Shown: positions 1 to 7,326 of the stretch, in pieces
Layout: each line of letters starts with the position of its first letter
Numbering within the stretch: position 1 is the first letter of the stretch
Origin: Synechocystis sp. PCC 6803 substr. PCC-P
Lineage (GTDB): Bacteria; Cyanobacteriota; Cyanobacteriia; Cyanobacteriales; Microcystaceae
Direction of reading: 5' to 3'
Assembly (NCBI RefSeq): GCF_000284455.1
Contig: NC_017039.1
Span: 1,830,001 to 1,862,000 of the forward strand
DNA length: 32,000 nt
Position numbers and translations under genes: made by a program
Notes under the pieces: model-generated
Database searches by the model: none
Told to the model about the DNA's origin: nothing
Seen by the model: the letters and a program-made list of their open reading frames with translations, nothing else

Positions 1-519
1 TCGGTCGTAGGCAAAACCCGTCACCAGTAAACTTTTATCCAAGCTGGCGGTGGTGGATACTTGGATGGGCCGGCGATTTAATGTGGCTCCTAAACTGGTG
101 GCAGCCCGAAATAATTCCTGGCGAAAGGGATTGTAAACTACGCCCACTGTGGGAATGTCTTGGATCAGTAATCCAATGGAAACACAGGACACAGGATAGC
201 TATGGGCAAAGTTGGTGGTGCCATCGAGGGGATCAATGGCCCAACAAAAAGGATTGTCAACCTGTCCTAACTGCCCTGATTCTTCGGCCAAAATGGCATG
301 GTCTGGGCAACGGCGTTTAATGATTTCCAAAATAATCGCTTCCGCTTGGCGATCGGCTTCCGTAACCAAATCTCCGGCCCGGCCTTTTTCCTGTATCTGT
401 TGCACCTTACCCCAGAGGGAAAAAATTTCCGCCCCCGCCGCCAGCACCGCCTCCGTTGCAATTTCTAACCAAGTTTGTAGATCAGATGGGGAAAAAACGG
501 GTTTTTGGGCAGAAGTCAT
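1..519 (-). CDS. Inositol monophosphatase (IMPase/SuhB) family protein, N-terminal 173 codons; the 3' end runs off the left edge
   Basis: Absent from the ORF track because it is open at the window edge. Reverse-strand translation from the ATG (complement of 517-519) gives MTSAQKPVFSPSDLQTWLEIATEAVLAAG...GDLVTEADRQAE...FCWAIDPLDGTTNFAHSYP...VTGFAYDR. DLVTxADR and WxIDPxDGTxNF are the IMPase family signature motifs. Probably sll1383 (from memory). Confidence 0.85.
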   Translation of the reverse strand, partial: MTSAQKPVFSPSDLQTWLEIATEAVLAAGAEIFSLWGKVQQIQEKGRAGDLVTEADRQAEAIILEIIKRRCPDHAILAEESGQLGQVDNPFCWAIDPLDGTTNFAHSYPVSCVSIGLLIQDIPTVGVVYNPFRQELFRAATSLGATLNRRPIQVSTTASLDKSLLVTGFAYDR

Positions 520-588
520 TACAAAAATTCTCAATTTGGCCAAACGAAAGGTTGCAACTAGGAAAATCAGGTTGTAGTTGTAGCCTAC

Positions 589-957
589 CTAGTCCTCATC
601 TAAAGGCAAACCTAATCGCACCCGACCAGCCCCAAAGTAGCGGCCAAACTGTAACTCATAAACCTCGTCCTCATCTTGGGTTTCCACTTCCAAATCCGAT
701 TGGGCATAACTAACACAGAGAAGAGCATAACCTTGCCGTTGTAGGTCCGGGGATAGTCCCATGGCCTCCGGTTGATGGATTTGCCCAGAAATAACCCGCA
801 CCGCACAGGCCGTACAGGCCCCATTACGACAGGAAAACGGTAACTCAAAACCTTGGTCTTCCGCCTGGTGGAGAATGTAACGGTCGTCGGAGACAATCAC
901 GCTGTAGTCTTTTTCGTTTTGGCGATCGTGGATCAGAACTCGGTGGGAACGGGACAT
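589..957 (-). CDS. fed2: Plant-type [2Fe-2S] ferredoxin with C-terminal extension (FdC2-type, Fed2)
   Basis: The track ORF 589..978 begins at a TTG. The first ATG (complement of 955-957) gives a 122-aa protein, MSRSHRVLIHDRQ.... It has the Cys ligand pattern SCRNGACTACAV (C-x4-C-x2-C) plus LLCVS. About 20 residues (ELQFGRYFGAGRVRLGLPLDED) extend past the usual ferredoxin C-terminus. I recall Fed2 = sll1382. Confidence 0.85.
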   Translation of the reverse strand: MSRSHRVLIHDRQNEKDYSVIVSDDRYILHQAEDQGFELPFSCRNGACTACAVRVISGQIHQPEAMGLSPDLQRQGYALLCVSYAQSDLEVETQDEDEVYELQFGRYFGAGRVRLGLPLDED

Positions 958-1003
958 TATGGGCTGGTTTGAATCCAAATTAGGTTTGTGTCTTCCACTA
1001 TTG

Positions 1004-1009
1004 TATAAT
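1004..1009 (+). promoter_or_regulatory. Putative -10 box (TATAAT) for tRNA-Ser(GGA)
   Basis: A perfect TATAAT ends 19 nt upstream of the mature tRNA 5' end (1029). No convincing -35 hexamer was seen. Confidence 0.3.
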
Positions 1010-1028
1010 CATTTCTTGTGACCAAATT

Positions 1029-1115
1029 GGAGAGGTGGCCGAGCGGTTGAAGGCGCAGCACTGGAAATGCTGTTTGGGGGTAACTTCAACGAGGGTTCGA
1101 ATCCCTCCCTCTCCG
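1029..1115 (+). tRNA. tRNA-Ser (anticodon GGA), class II with long variable arm, no encoded CCA
   Basis: Hand-folded cloverleaf. Acceptor GGAGAGG/CCTCTCC plus discriminator G. D arm GCC..GGC. Anticodon stem CAGCA/TGCTG with loop CTGGAAA. Long variable arm. T arm GAGGG-TTCGAAT-CCCTC. Total 87 nt. Confidence 0.9.
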
Positions 1116-1139
1116 TTGAGAACAATAGTGACAACTAAG

Positions 1140-1187
1140 ACCAGATAGGGAAATGCAGTTGAAATGCCGCTACCTTGTCTGGTTTTA
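1140..1187 (+). terminator. Putative intrinsic terminator downstream of tRNA-Ser
   Basis: An 11-bp stem, accagataggg (1140-1150) with ccttgtctggt (1173-1183), including two G-U pairs. The loop is 22 nt. It is followed by a short T-run (tttat). The large loop and short U-tract make it only moderately convincing. Confidence 0.4.
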
Positions 1188-1246
1188 TCGTTCCAGGGCT
1201 TGGGCAGTGGGTAGGTCGGAATATGAGAGCAAGGCGACGGAAAGTG

Positions 1247-1255
1247 TGATAGGTT
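1247..1255 (+). promoter_or_regulatory. Extended -10-like element (TGaTAGGTT) upstream of the SRP RNA
   Basis: It fits TGnTAnnnT and ends 7 nt before the predicted 5' end of the SRP RNA helix at about 1262. Confidence 0.3.
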
Positions 1256-1261
1256 AGAAAT

Positions 1262-1365
1262 GGCTCGGACTCATGCGATTACAACGCCCAAATCTTGTCA
1301 GGACCGGAAGGTAGCAGCAATAAGGGATGCTTGTGGTAGGCGTGAACTCCGGGCTTCCGGCTTTT
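1262..1365 (+). ncRNA. ffs: Signal recognition particle RNA (4.5S-type, ffs)
   Basis: Contains GTCAGGACCGGAAGGTAGCAGC, which matches the universally conserved SRP RNA domain IV motif (E. coli 4.5S: GUCAGGUCCGGAAGGAAGCAGC) including the GGAA tetraloop. The flanks form a long imperfect hairpin: gctcgga 1263-1269 pairs with tccgggc 1348-1354, and acgcc pairs with ggcgt. A small ccgg/ccgg hairpin plus ctttt lies at the 3' end. The ends are approximate. Confidence 0.75.
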
Positions 1366-1387
1366 CTGGAGGAAAATAGAGGAGTTT

Positions 1388-2197
1388 ATGGCGAGTGGAA
1401 ATAAGTTTCAGTCGATGTTGCCGGTATCTCCCACAGGCCAATTCATTTGCCAACAGGATTTAAATTTTTACGACAGTAGCGATCACCAGGAATTAGCTAC
1501 CCAAGCAAAACAGGGACGATATTTGCGCCTAACAGAGAAGATTGAACGGTCAGCAGTGTTGGTGGAACAGGCGGAAGACCGTTACCAAGGTTGGCTAGCG
1601 GAGGACGATTTACAAAATTTGACCCCGGCCGTTCATGCTTATCAACCAGTGACAGTAACCAGAGCCGAAATTGAACAGCGAATTTCCCAGGTAATTGACT
1701 ATTTGCTGGAAGCGAAGCAAAGGGAAAATTACTATCTTTGGGGAGGTAATATCGGCCCCAACTACGACTGTTCCGGTTTAATGCAAGCCGCTTTTGCTAG
1801 TCAAGGTATTTGGCTACCCAGGGATTCCTATCAACAGGCCGCCTTTTGTCAGCAAGTAGTTGATGTGAGGCCCCAACGGCGATCGGGAGAATTAAACCAA
1901 GTAATGGTGGAGGCGATCGCCAAGGAATTTTTACCGGGGGATTTAATTTTTTTTGGCAATCAACGGGTGGATCATGTGGGAATGTATCTGGGGGAAGGAA
2001 AATATATCCACAGTTCTGGCAAAACCCATGGCCGCAACGGTATTGGCATCGATTCCCTCACCGATTTAACGGATCCCATTAGCCATAAATATTTTCAAAA
2101 ATGGTGGTTCTGTGGCCGGGTTATAAAAAGTTTTAATCCGGTTGAAGATGAGCTCGCTAGCACGAGCATTGCCGTTGATGCCAGCTTGCTTAAATAA
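1388..2197 (+). CDS. NlpC/P60 family peptidoglycan endopeptidase
   Basis: 269 aa with a GGAGG SD about 10 nt upstream. NlpC/P60 catalytic core: YYLWGGNIGPNYDCSGLMQAAF (Cys), GDLIFFG...VDHVGMYLGEGKYIHSSG (His). Confidence 0.85.
   Translation: MASGNKFQSMLPVSPTGQFICQQDLNFYDSSDHQELATQAKQGRYLRLTEKIERSAVLVEQAEDRYQGWLAEDDLQNLTPAVHAYQPVTVTRAEIEQRISQVIDYLLEAKQRENYYLWGGNIGPNYDCSGLMQAAFASQGIWLPRDSYQQAAFCQQVVDVRPQRRSGELNQVMVEAIAKEFLPGDLIFFGNQRVDHVGMYLGEGKYIHSSGKTHGRNGIGIDSLTDLTDPISHKYFQKWWFCGRVIKSFNPVEDELASTSIAVDASLLK
1913..1920. repeat. HIP1 (highly iterated palindrome GCGATCGC); representative copy of about 31 dispersed perfect copies
   Basis: Hand count of perfect GCGATCGC start positions: 1913, 2325, 3456, 6188, 6464, 6742, 7568, 8110, 8888, 9173, 10979, 11342, 13108, 15478, 16274, 16833, 17678, 19589, 20503, 22466, 22691, 23172, 26147, 27138, 28098, 28381, 28943, 29162, 29796, 30602, 31226. 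There are many additional 7/8 variants. Confidence 0.9.
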
Positions 2198-2203
2198 AAT
2201 AAT

Positions 2204-2617
2204 TCATCCGGCAGACTGTTCTGGATTTTTGATTCTCTGTTCCAATTCATCAATGGTTTTCAGAAGTAACCTTTTAGCCTGTAATTTCCAGCCCCACTGT
2301 TGAATTTTGACCGCTATGGGTAAGGCGATCGCCGGAGCCAGAAAGTCCAACGGTTGTTGCAGGGAAATACCAAATAATAAGCCCAAGCCTGCAATACCCC
2401 AAAAAGGTAGGGCAGCCGTTTGACGATTATCTTCCACTAACCGAGGCAAAAATCCCTGGGGCATAATTTCTAGCACCTCAGCTTTTAACTCCTGCTGTTG
2501 TTTGTAGTTGAGAGATAAAGCCATCTTGCGACGAATTTTTTCTATTTTGCGGGCCTCACTGCTGTATTCCGTCAGTTCATCCTCCGCCATCCGCACATAG
2601 GTTTCTAAATTGGCCAT
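2204..2617 (-). CDS. Hypothetical protein with a charged coiled-coil N-terminus and two predicted TM helices
   Basis: 137-aa ORF with an ATG start. It lies 65 bp downstream of, and co-directional with, the GUN4-domain gene. There is a hydrophobic stretch, ALPFWGIAGLGLLFGISL...LAPAIALPIAV. I recognise no family. Confidence 0.55.
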   Translation of the reverse strand: MANLETYVRMAEDELTEYSSEARKIEKIRRKMALSLNYKQQQELKAEVLEIMPQGFLPRLVEDNRQTAALPFWGIAGLGLLFGISLQQPLDFLAPAIALPIAVKIQQWGWKLQAKRLLLKTIDELEQRIKNPEQSAG

Positions 2618-2682
2618 GGGCTTACCTGTTACTGTTACCTTTTTAATTAATTGCTCAAGACTCTTCGGCAGAGGCTTTTTTT

Positions 2683-3327
2683 CTAGGAGCCAAAGGGGGT
2701 AAAGCGCACTGGAGCAGTGGGTACTTGTCCCGATTGACAGACTTGGAAACGACCCATGAGGGCAGTGTATTCTAAGCGCCCACCATTAATTTGGTACTCA
2801 TCCCTGGGGCTAGGTAGATGGCCCGCCGGGGCGTTAAGGGTGAAGTCCAAATTTTTCTTGAAAATGACCCACTGGTTCTCTTTACGCCAGCCAATGCGAT
2901 CACCAAATTGGTCGTAGGACTCCGGTGACATTAATCTACCGGGGCGATTCCCCGTGGCCAAAAACGCTTCCAATTGGGGAGTGAAGCCAAAACGATTGTT
3001 GGAATGTTGTAACCATAACTGATCAATGGTTTTCAGATCCTGGCAGGGAATTTGCTCAATAGTGTCGGTGGTCAACCAACCCTGGAGTGTCCGATTGGTA
3101 GCGGCCAACAGCAGGCGGCGGGTAATTTCATTGGCCTGACTAAACTGCTGGGATGCTAAGGCCGTTTCCAAGGGCTGGAAATTTAGTTCCACCTTGGGGA
3201 TCGGGGTGGAAGTATTATTCTGGGGAGCCGGGGCTGTGAACTGGGCCCTAACTAATGGGGCCGTTGTCACCAAGCTTCCTAATAGAACTGTCGCGGCAAG
3301 TTTCAGCAAATGGGTTGCGGTGGTCAT
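2683..3327 (-). CDS. GUN4-domain protein with N-terminal signal peptide (periplasmic or lumenal GUN4-like)
   Basis: The track ORF starts at a TTG (3333). The first ATG (3327) gives MTTATHLLKLAATVLLGSLVTTAPLVRAQ, a signal-peptide-like sequence with an A-x-A-type site. The C-terminal part, LWLQHSNNRFGFTPQ...IGWRKENQW...LDFTLNAPAGHLPS, matches the GUN4 porphyrin-binding domain pattern (FGFS.Q ... GW ... GHLP). Probably sll1380 (from memory). Confidence 0.8.
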   Translation of the reverse strand: MTTATHLLKLAATVLLGSLVTTAPLVRAQFTAPAPQNNTSTPIPKVELNFQPLETALASQQFSQANEITRRLLLAATNRTLQGWLTTDTIEQIPCQDLKTIDQLWLQHSNNRFGFTPQLEAFLATGNRPGRLMSPESYDQFGDRIGWRKENQWVIFKKNLDFTLNAPAGHLPSPRDEYQINGGRLEYTALMGRFQVCQSGQVPTAPVRFTPFGS

Positions 3328-3505
3328 AGTCAAAGGCAGTCAAATTAGGGCAAAAGCTAAACACCGTTGGCGCATTTCAGAATACCACGGACTTTTAGCT
3401 AAATACATGGGAACGTTCCTCCCTAGTGTAGCGAGGAAAAGACTTGCATTAACTGGCGATCGCCCCCAATATGGATCCCTGGGGACTACCGCCTGCCCCA
3501 TATCT

Positions 3506-3535
3506 ATCTAAGGCAATCTAAGGCAATCTAAGGCA
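3506..3535 (+). repeat. Three perfect tandem copies of the 10-mer ATCTAAGGCA, ending at the pyrB ATG
   Basis: Read directly: atctaaggca|atctaaggca|atctaaggca|ATGacc. A partial copy (tatct) precedes the array. Each unit carries a TAA stop and an SD-like AAGG. Confidence 0.95.
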
Positions 3536-4531
3536 ATGACCATGGTGGCCAGTTGGACTCGAAACCACATTTTAGACCTAACCGATTGGCGGGGCGAAGA
3601 ATTAGACATTGTGCTACAGACCGCCACCACATTCCAGCAAGTACTGAGTGGACAAACAAAAAAAGTACCTGCCCTCCAGGGACAAGTAGTCACCAATCTT
3701 TTTTTTGAGCCATCTACCCGCACCCGCAGCAGCTTTGAGTTAGCGGCCAAGCGCCTTTCCGCTGATGTGATGAATTTTTCCCCTGGTACTTCTTCCCTTA
3801 CCAAGGGAGAGACTATTTTGGACACCGCCAAAACTTACCTTGCCATGGGGTCTGACATTTTTGTTATCCGCCACCAACAGGCCGGGGTGCCCCATTTCAT
3901 TGCTTCCCAAATGGACCGGCTCCAAACCGGAGTCAAGGTACTCAATGCGGGGGATGGGCAACATGAGCATCCTTCCCAAGGATTACTGGATTTATTTACT
4001 ATCTGCTCCCAATTTGCGCCGGACAATCCTGCCATTCAATGCCTCCAGGGAAAGAAGATCGCGGTGGTAGGAGACATTTTACATTCCCGGGTGGCGCGTT
4101 CTAATCTGTGGAGTCTAACTACCGCCGGGGCTGACGTGCATTTAGCGGGGCCTCCCACCCTGTTACCAAAGGAATTTCAACAATTAACCCTAGCGCCGGG
4201 ATCGGGTAAACTCCATTGTCATTGGCAGTTGCAGCCAGCCTTGGAAGGGGCGGATATAGTTATGACTTTGCGGTTGCAAAAAGAACGGATGACAGCCCAT
4301 CTTTTACCCAGTTTGCGGGAATACCACCATTATTTCGGCATTACCCACGATCGCCTAAAGGTGTGTCAACCAGGGGTAAAAGTGCTGCATCCGGGGCCGG
4401 TGAATCGGGGGGTAGAAATTAGCTCCGAACTGATGGATGACCCGGACATTAGCTTGATCCAAGACCAAGTAACCAGTGGAGTAGCCATCCGCATGGCTCT
4501 ACTTTATTTGCTAGGCACTGTTCAGGAATAG
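3536..4531 (+). CDS. pyrB: Aspartate carbamoyltransferase catalytic subunit
   Basis: 331 aa. Canonical ATCase motifs are present: [13 protein letters not shown] (carbamoyl-phosphate site), HPSQGLLD and HPGPVNRG. The alternative start ATG at 3542 has better spacing to the last AAGG of the repeat. Confidence 0.95.
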   Translation: MTMVASWTRNHILDLTDWRGEELDIVLQTATTFQQVLSGQTKKVPALQGQVVTNLFFEPSTRTRSSFELAAKRLSADVMNFSPGTSSLTKGETILDTAKTYLAMGSDIFVIRHQQAGVPHFIASQMDRLQTGVKVLNAGDGQHEHPSQGLLDLFTICSQFAPDNPAIQCLQGKKIAVVGDILHSRVARSNLWSLTTAGADVHLAGPPTLLPKEFQQLTLAPGSGKLHCHWQLQPALEGADIVMTLRLQKERMTAHLLPSLREYHHYFGITHDRLKVCQPGVKVLHPGPVNRGVEISSELMDDPDISLIQDQVTSGVAIRMALLYLLGTVQE

Positions 4532-4538
4532 GAGTAAA

Positions 4539-4628
4539 CGGAGAGAGAGGGATTCGAACCCTCGATGGAGCTATAAACCCCATAACTCCTTAGCAGGGAG
4601 CCGCTTTCAACCGCTCAGCCATCTCTCC
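4539..4628 (-). tRNA. tRNA-Ser (anticodon GCU), class II, no encoded CCA
   Basis: The reverse complement folds as follows. Acceptor GGAGAGA/TCTCTCC plus G. D arm GCT..AGC. Anticodon stem GCTCC/GGAGT with loop CTGCTAA. A 21-nt variable arm. T arm GAGGG-TTCGAAT-CCCTC. Total 90 nt. Confidence 0.9.
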
Positions 4629-4774
4629 AGACTGACAGTTCCATATCATAGCAAACAATGACGTCTTCCGCCTTTTTCAACCGGCAATTTCTACTCCCTT
4701 TGATGCGGAGGATAATTCGGAGACTTGACGTTGGTGTTAAAAAATCCAACGTTGAATACCAAAGTAGTTCCCAG

Positions 4775-5677
4775 TTACTGATTTTTACCACTTTCTAAGA
4801 GTTGCCGGAATGAACTCCAACTGGTTTCGTTGGGACGCTGGTCAGATAAGGGTGGCGGTTCAACGTACTCGGGAAAGTTAGTGGTAATTTCCTTCTGCAT
4901 TACTGCCGACAAATCATCGAAGCTGGCTAATTTACGCCCAGCGGTGTTGAAGTATAACAACCCAACTCGATCGCCCATTTCCATCCAAGGTAACCAGTTG
5001 GAAAGCCTAGCCCAACCAACGGAGGCCGGGGCTGAGGTCCCCTGGGGATCCGTCAAAGCGTCGACATCACCAAAGAAGTTGAACATCTCCGTGGCGTGAT
5101 AGGTTCCCCCCACATAGCGCTGAAATTTCCCTCCCAAGGGATTGGGGTAAAACAGGGGCACGGTTACGTTCATCCACCATTGGTTTCCTAACACCGTAAG
5201 TTCCCTGGCGATCGGACTGCCGTCATTGTCCTTTAAGCGATAGCTAAAATTCACCGGATCGTTGGCCACATGAAAGACTTCGACTGTTTTGCCAGTCCAG
5301 GGATTTTCCCACTGACGTAACACTTCTCCGGTAACGGGATCTTTGTAGAGTAAAATCTCCCGGCTCACCATGCGAAAATCTTCGTCATCATGGCCATCTG
5401 CCAGGGGGCCACATTGGCGGATATTCATGCCCTCCACCAGAAAAAGCAAACGGTCTGGCTCTCCTGGAATCCGACTATAGGTTTTACCTTCCCACCAGTA
5501 GATTATCGGTTGACCATCTTCCGTCGAGCAGAAAACCTTCCGGAGGGCTTGCAGTTGACCTTCTGGTTCACCCAGTTCCAAAGCTTGGACAGCAGGGAAT
5601 CCCATACCAGCCACCAGAAGCACTACGGATAAGGGGGAAAGGAAAGCAGAAAAAAATCGTGGCATGGTTAATGCCAT
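4775..5677 (-). CDS. Secreted or periplasmic protein of unknown function (possibly DUF1838-like)
   Basis: 300 aa. The N-terminus MALTMPRFFSAFLSPLSVVLLVAGMGFPAVQALE looks like a signal peptide. The start lies 41 bp downstream of the mgdA stop on the same strand. The family assignment is from memory only. Confidence 0.7.
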   Translation of the reverse strand: MALTMPRFFSAFLSPLSVVLLVAGMGFPAVQALELGEPEGQLQALRKVFCSTEDGQPIIYWWEGKTYSRIPGEPDRLLFLVEGMNIRQCGPLADGHDDEDFRMVSREILLYKDPVTGEVLRQWENPWTGKTVEVFHVANDPVNFSYRLKDNDGSPIARELTVLGNQWWMNVTVPLFYPNPLGGKFQRYVGGTYHATEMFNFFGDVDALTDPQGTSAPASVGWARLSNWLPWMEMGDRVGLLYFNTAGRKLASFDDLSAVMQKEITTNFPEYVEPPPLSDQRPNETSWSSFRQLLESGKNQ

Positions 5678-5718
5678 AGTTTGTGCCTCAATAACAATTA
5701 ATAATTAACGCTTGGTTC

Positions 5719-7158
5719 TTAACTTTGTTTCAGCTCAAGGGCATCCTCCGTAGCAGCACCGTGGACCGTTTTCACCCACTTGAGTCGTTTGGGGCGAAAA
5801 GCCATGCGGGCGGTGACGGCGGGCATAATGATCAGCCAGTGGAACATATAAATGGTGCCACCGATGGTGCGAGCTAGTAGGGCCGGCATTTGTTGCCAAG
5901 GAGATTCGCCTTCGCTGGGAGTTAAGCGCTTTAGTCCGTAGTACATGCCCCAACAGGAAAAACCGATCGCCAGATAACTGAGGGGAGTGAGCAGGGGAAA
6001 ACGTCTTTGCCACAGGGCCATGAGTAAATCCGGTACAGCGGCGGTGGGTAAAAGATATTGCATTAATAGAAAGGAAAACAAATCCAACTTTTTCTTCCAG
6101 CCCATGGGTTGGGTGCAAATCCAGCGCCAATAGTCGAGGTATCGTTGGTAGCCGCCTTCCGCCCAGCGATTACGTTGGTGCCAAAGGGCGATCGCCGTGG
6201 TGACTCCCTCTTCTTCCACCGGGGGATTGACTAAAATACCCACTTTCCACTGGTGGAGATGTAAGCGAATGGTTAAGTCTAAATCATCGGTGATGGTCTG
6301 CTCATTCCAGCCGCCCACCGCATCTAGGGCTTGGCGGGCCACAAATTGACCATTACCCCGCAGTTCTCCAATGCCGCCGGTAACGATTCTCTGCTGTTGA
6401 AAATAGGCATCTAGGGCCATTTCCGCCCCCTGGCCCCTGGTCCAAAAATTGACAGCTTCGTTGGCGATCGCTTTGCGTACTTGTAGAGCCCCAAAAGTCG
6501 GTGAAGCAAAATAGGGCACCACCCGCCGCAGTAAATCTTTGGGCACATTGGCATCGGCATCAAATACGCCAACGATGTCCCCTTGGGTTTGGGCTAACAC
6601 TTCATTTAAAGCCCCTGATTTACCGCCACTGGCCCCCGCGCCTCTCCTTACTACTTTTAACTGGGGATACTGCTGACGTAGTTGGTCCAAGATGGCCGGA
6701 GTCCGGTCAGTGCTGTTATCGTCCACAATCCAAACTTCATGGCGATCGCCGGGATAGTCCAAAGAGCATAACTGCTGCACAATTTTGCCAATTACCGCCT
6801 CTTCATTTTTGGCGGCCACCATTAAACAAACCTGGGGATAGGGCACCGTGGATGCATCTCCAGTAAGCAGGGGGGGGGCTTCTTCTGGGGTTGCTTTCAT
6901 TAACCTGAGAGCCTGCAAAGAGAGGGCACCGGTGAGGGCCCACACCAGCCAACTGCCCCAAACCCAGTAATGGAGAGTGATGACGACTGTCCAAATGGCC
7001 ATAAGCATTACCGCTGCTTTTTTGCGCCGCCCCTCCGATCCCCGGAAGAAATCGTTGCGAAAATCCTCCTCCTCCGCTTCGGGATCATCCCATTCGGCTA
7101 GGAAGGCTTCTAAGGGGGACAGCTCGGCATCGTTATCTTTCCACGGAAATTGGGGCAT
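5719..7158 (-). CDS. mgdA: Membrane-bound family 2 glycosyltransferase; monoglucosyl-diacylglycerol synthase
   Basis: 479 aa with N- and C-terminal TM segments. GT2 motifs are present: VWIVDDNSTDRT, VGVFDADA and QRNRWAEG (the Q-x-x-R-W motif of processive GT2 enzymes). Its position in the sll1376-sll1383 neighbourhood fits sll1377, which I recall as MgdA. Confidence 0.8.
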   Translation of the reverse strand: MPQFPWKDNDAELSPLEAFLAEWDDPEAEEEDFRNDFFRGSEGRRKKAAVMLMAIWTVVITLHYWVWGSWLVWALTGALSLQALRLMKATPEEAPPLLTGDASTVPYPQVCLMVAAKNEEAVIGKIVQQLCSLDYPGDRHEVWIVDDNSTDRTPAILDQLRQQYPQLKVVRRGAGASGGKSGALNEVLAQTQGDIVGVFDADANVPKDLLRRVVPYFASPTFGALQVRKAIANEAVNFWTRGQGAEMALDAYFQQQRIVTGGIGELRGNGQFVARQALDAVGGWNEQTITDDLDLTIRLHLHQWKVGILVNPPVEEEGVTTAIALWHQRNRWAEGGYQRYLDYWRWICTQPMGWKKKLDLFSFLLMQYLLPTAAVPDLLMALWQRRFPLLTPLSYLAIGFSCWGMYYGLKRLTPSEGESPWQQMPALLARTIGGTIYMFHWLIIMPAVTARMAFRPKRLKWVKTVHGAATEDALELKQS

Positions 7159-7326
7159 AGGTACCTAGGATGTGGTCAGGAAAACTAGACATTGCCCTCC
7201 ATTCTAGCGATTGCTTGCGATATTTTCGGGGAGTGGCATCTATCCAGGGAAAATCCTTGCCGTTCACTTAGGGGTCGAGGGCTGGAACTTAGGTGCCAAA
7301 ATAGTTTATTTGTTAGGTTTTCTCCC

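Noticed and set aside
212-577. 121-aa + strand ORF, and other short ORFs, at the left end
   Set aside because: They are antisense to the IMPase-family frame, which carries two unambiguous signature motifs.
1005-1013. Fur-box-like 9-mer ATAATCATT between fed2 and tRNA-Ser
   Set aside because: Only 9 of the 19 Fur-box positions match, and the flanks do not. The match is explained by the TATAAT -10 element.
2659-2682. Small hairpin (ctct-tcggc-agag) followed by T7 on the + strand, next to the GUN4-gene stop
   Set aside because: It is oriented for + strand termination, but no + strand gene ends here. The stem is only 4-5 bp. On the minus strand the U-tract would precede the hairpin.
3410-3419. 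10-bp palindrome GGAACGTTCC in the GUN4-like/pyrB divergent promoter region
   Set aside because: It is a short palindrome with no known cognate factor that I can name. It is too short to distinguish from chance.
3194-3511. 105-aa + strand ORF spanning the GUN4-gene 5' end and the pyrB upstream region
   Set aside because: Its first half is antisense to the GUN4-domain gene. It has no SD, no motif, and a non-ATG start context. More likely this is untranslated divergent promoter DNA.
3506-3535. Possibility that the 10-bp tandem repeat is a CRISPR or minisatellite array
   Set aside because: The units are directly adjacent with no spacers. There are only three copies of 10 bp, and no cas genes lie nearby. 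It is reported instead as a leader-region tandem repeat.
4725-4755. 7-bp inverted repeat acgttgg/ccaacgt with an 11-nt loop downstream of the secreted-protein gene
   Set aside because: On the minus strand no T-run follows the stem, so I cannot call it an intrinsic terminator. It may still be an RNA processing or stability element.
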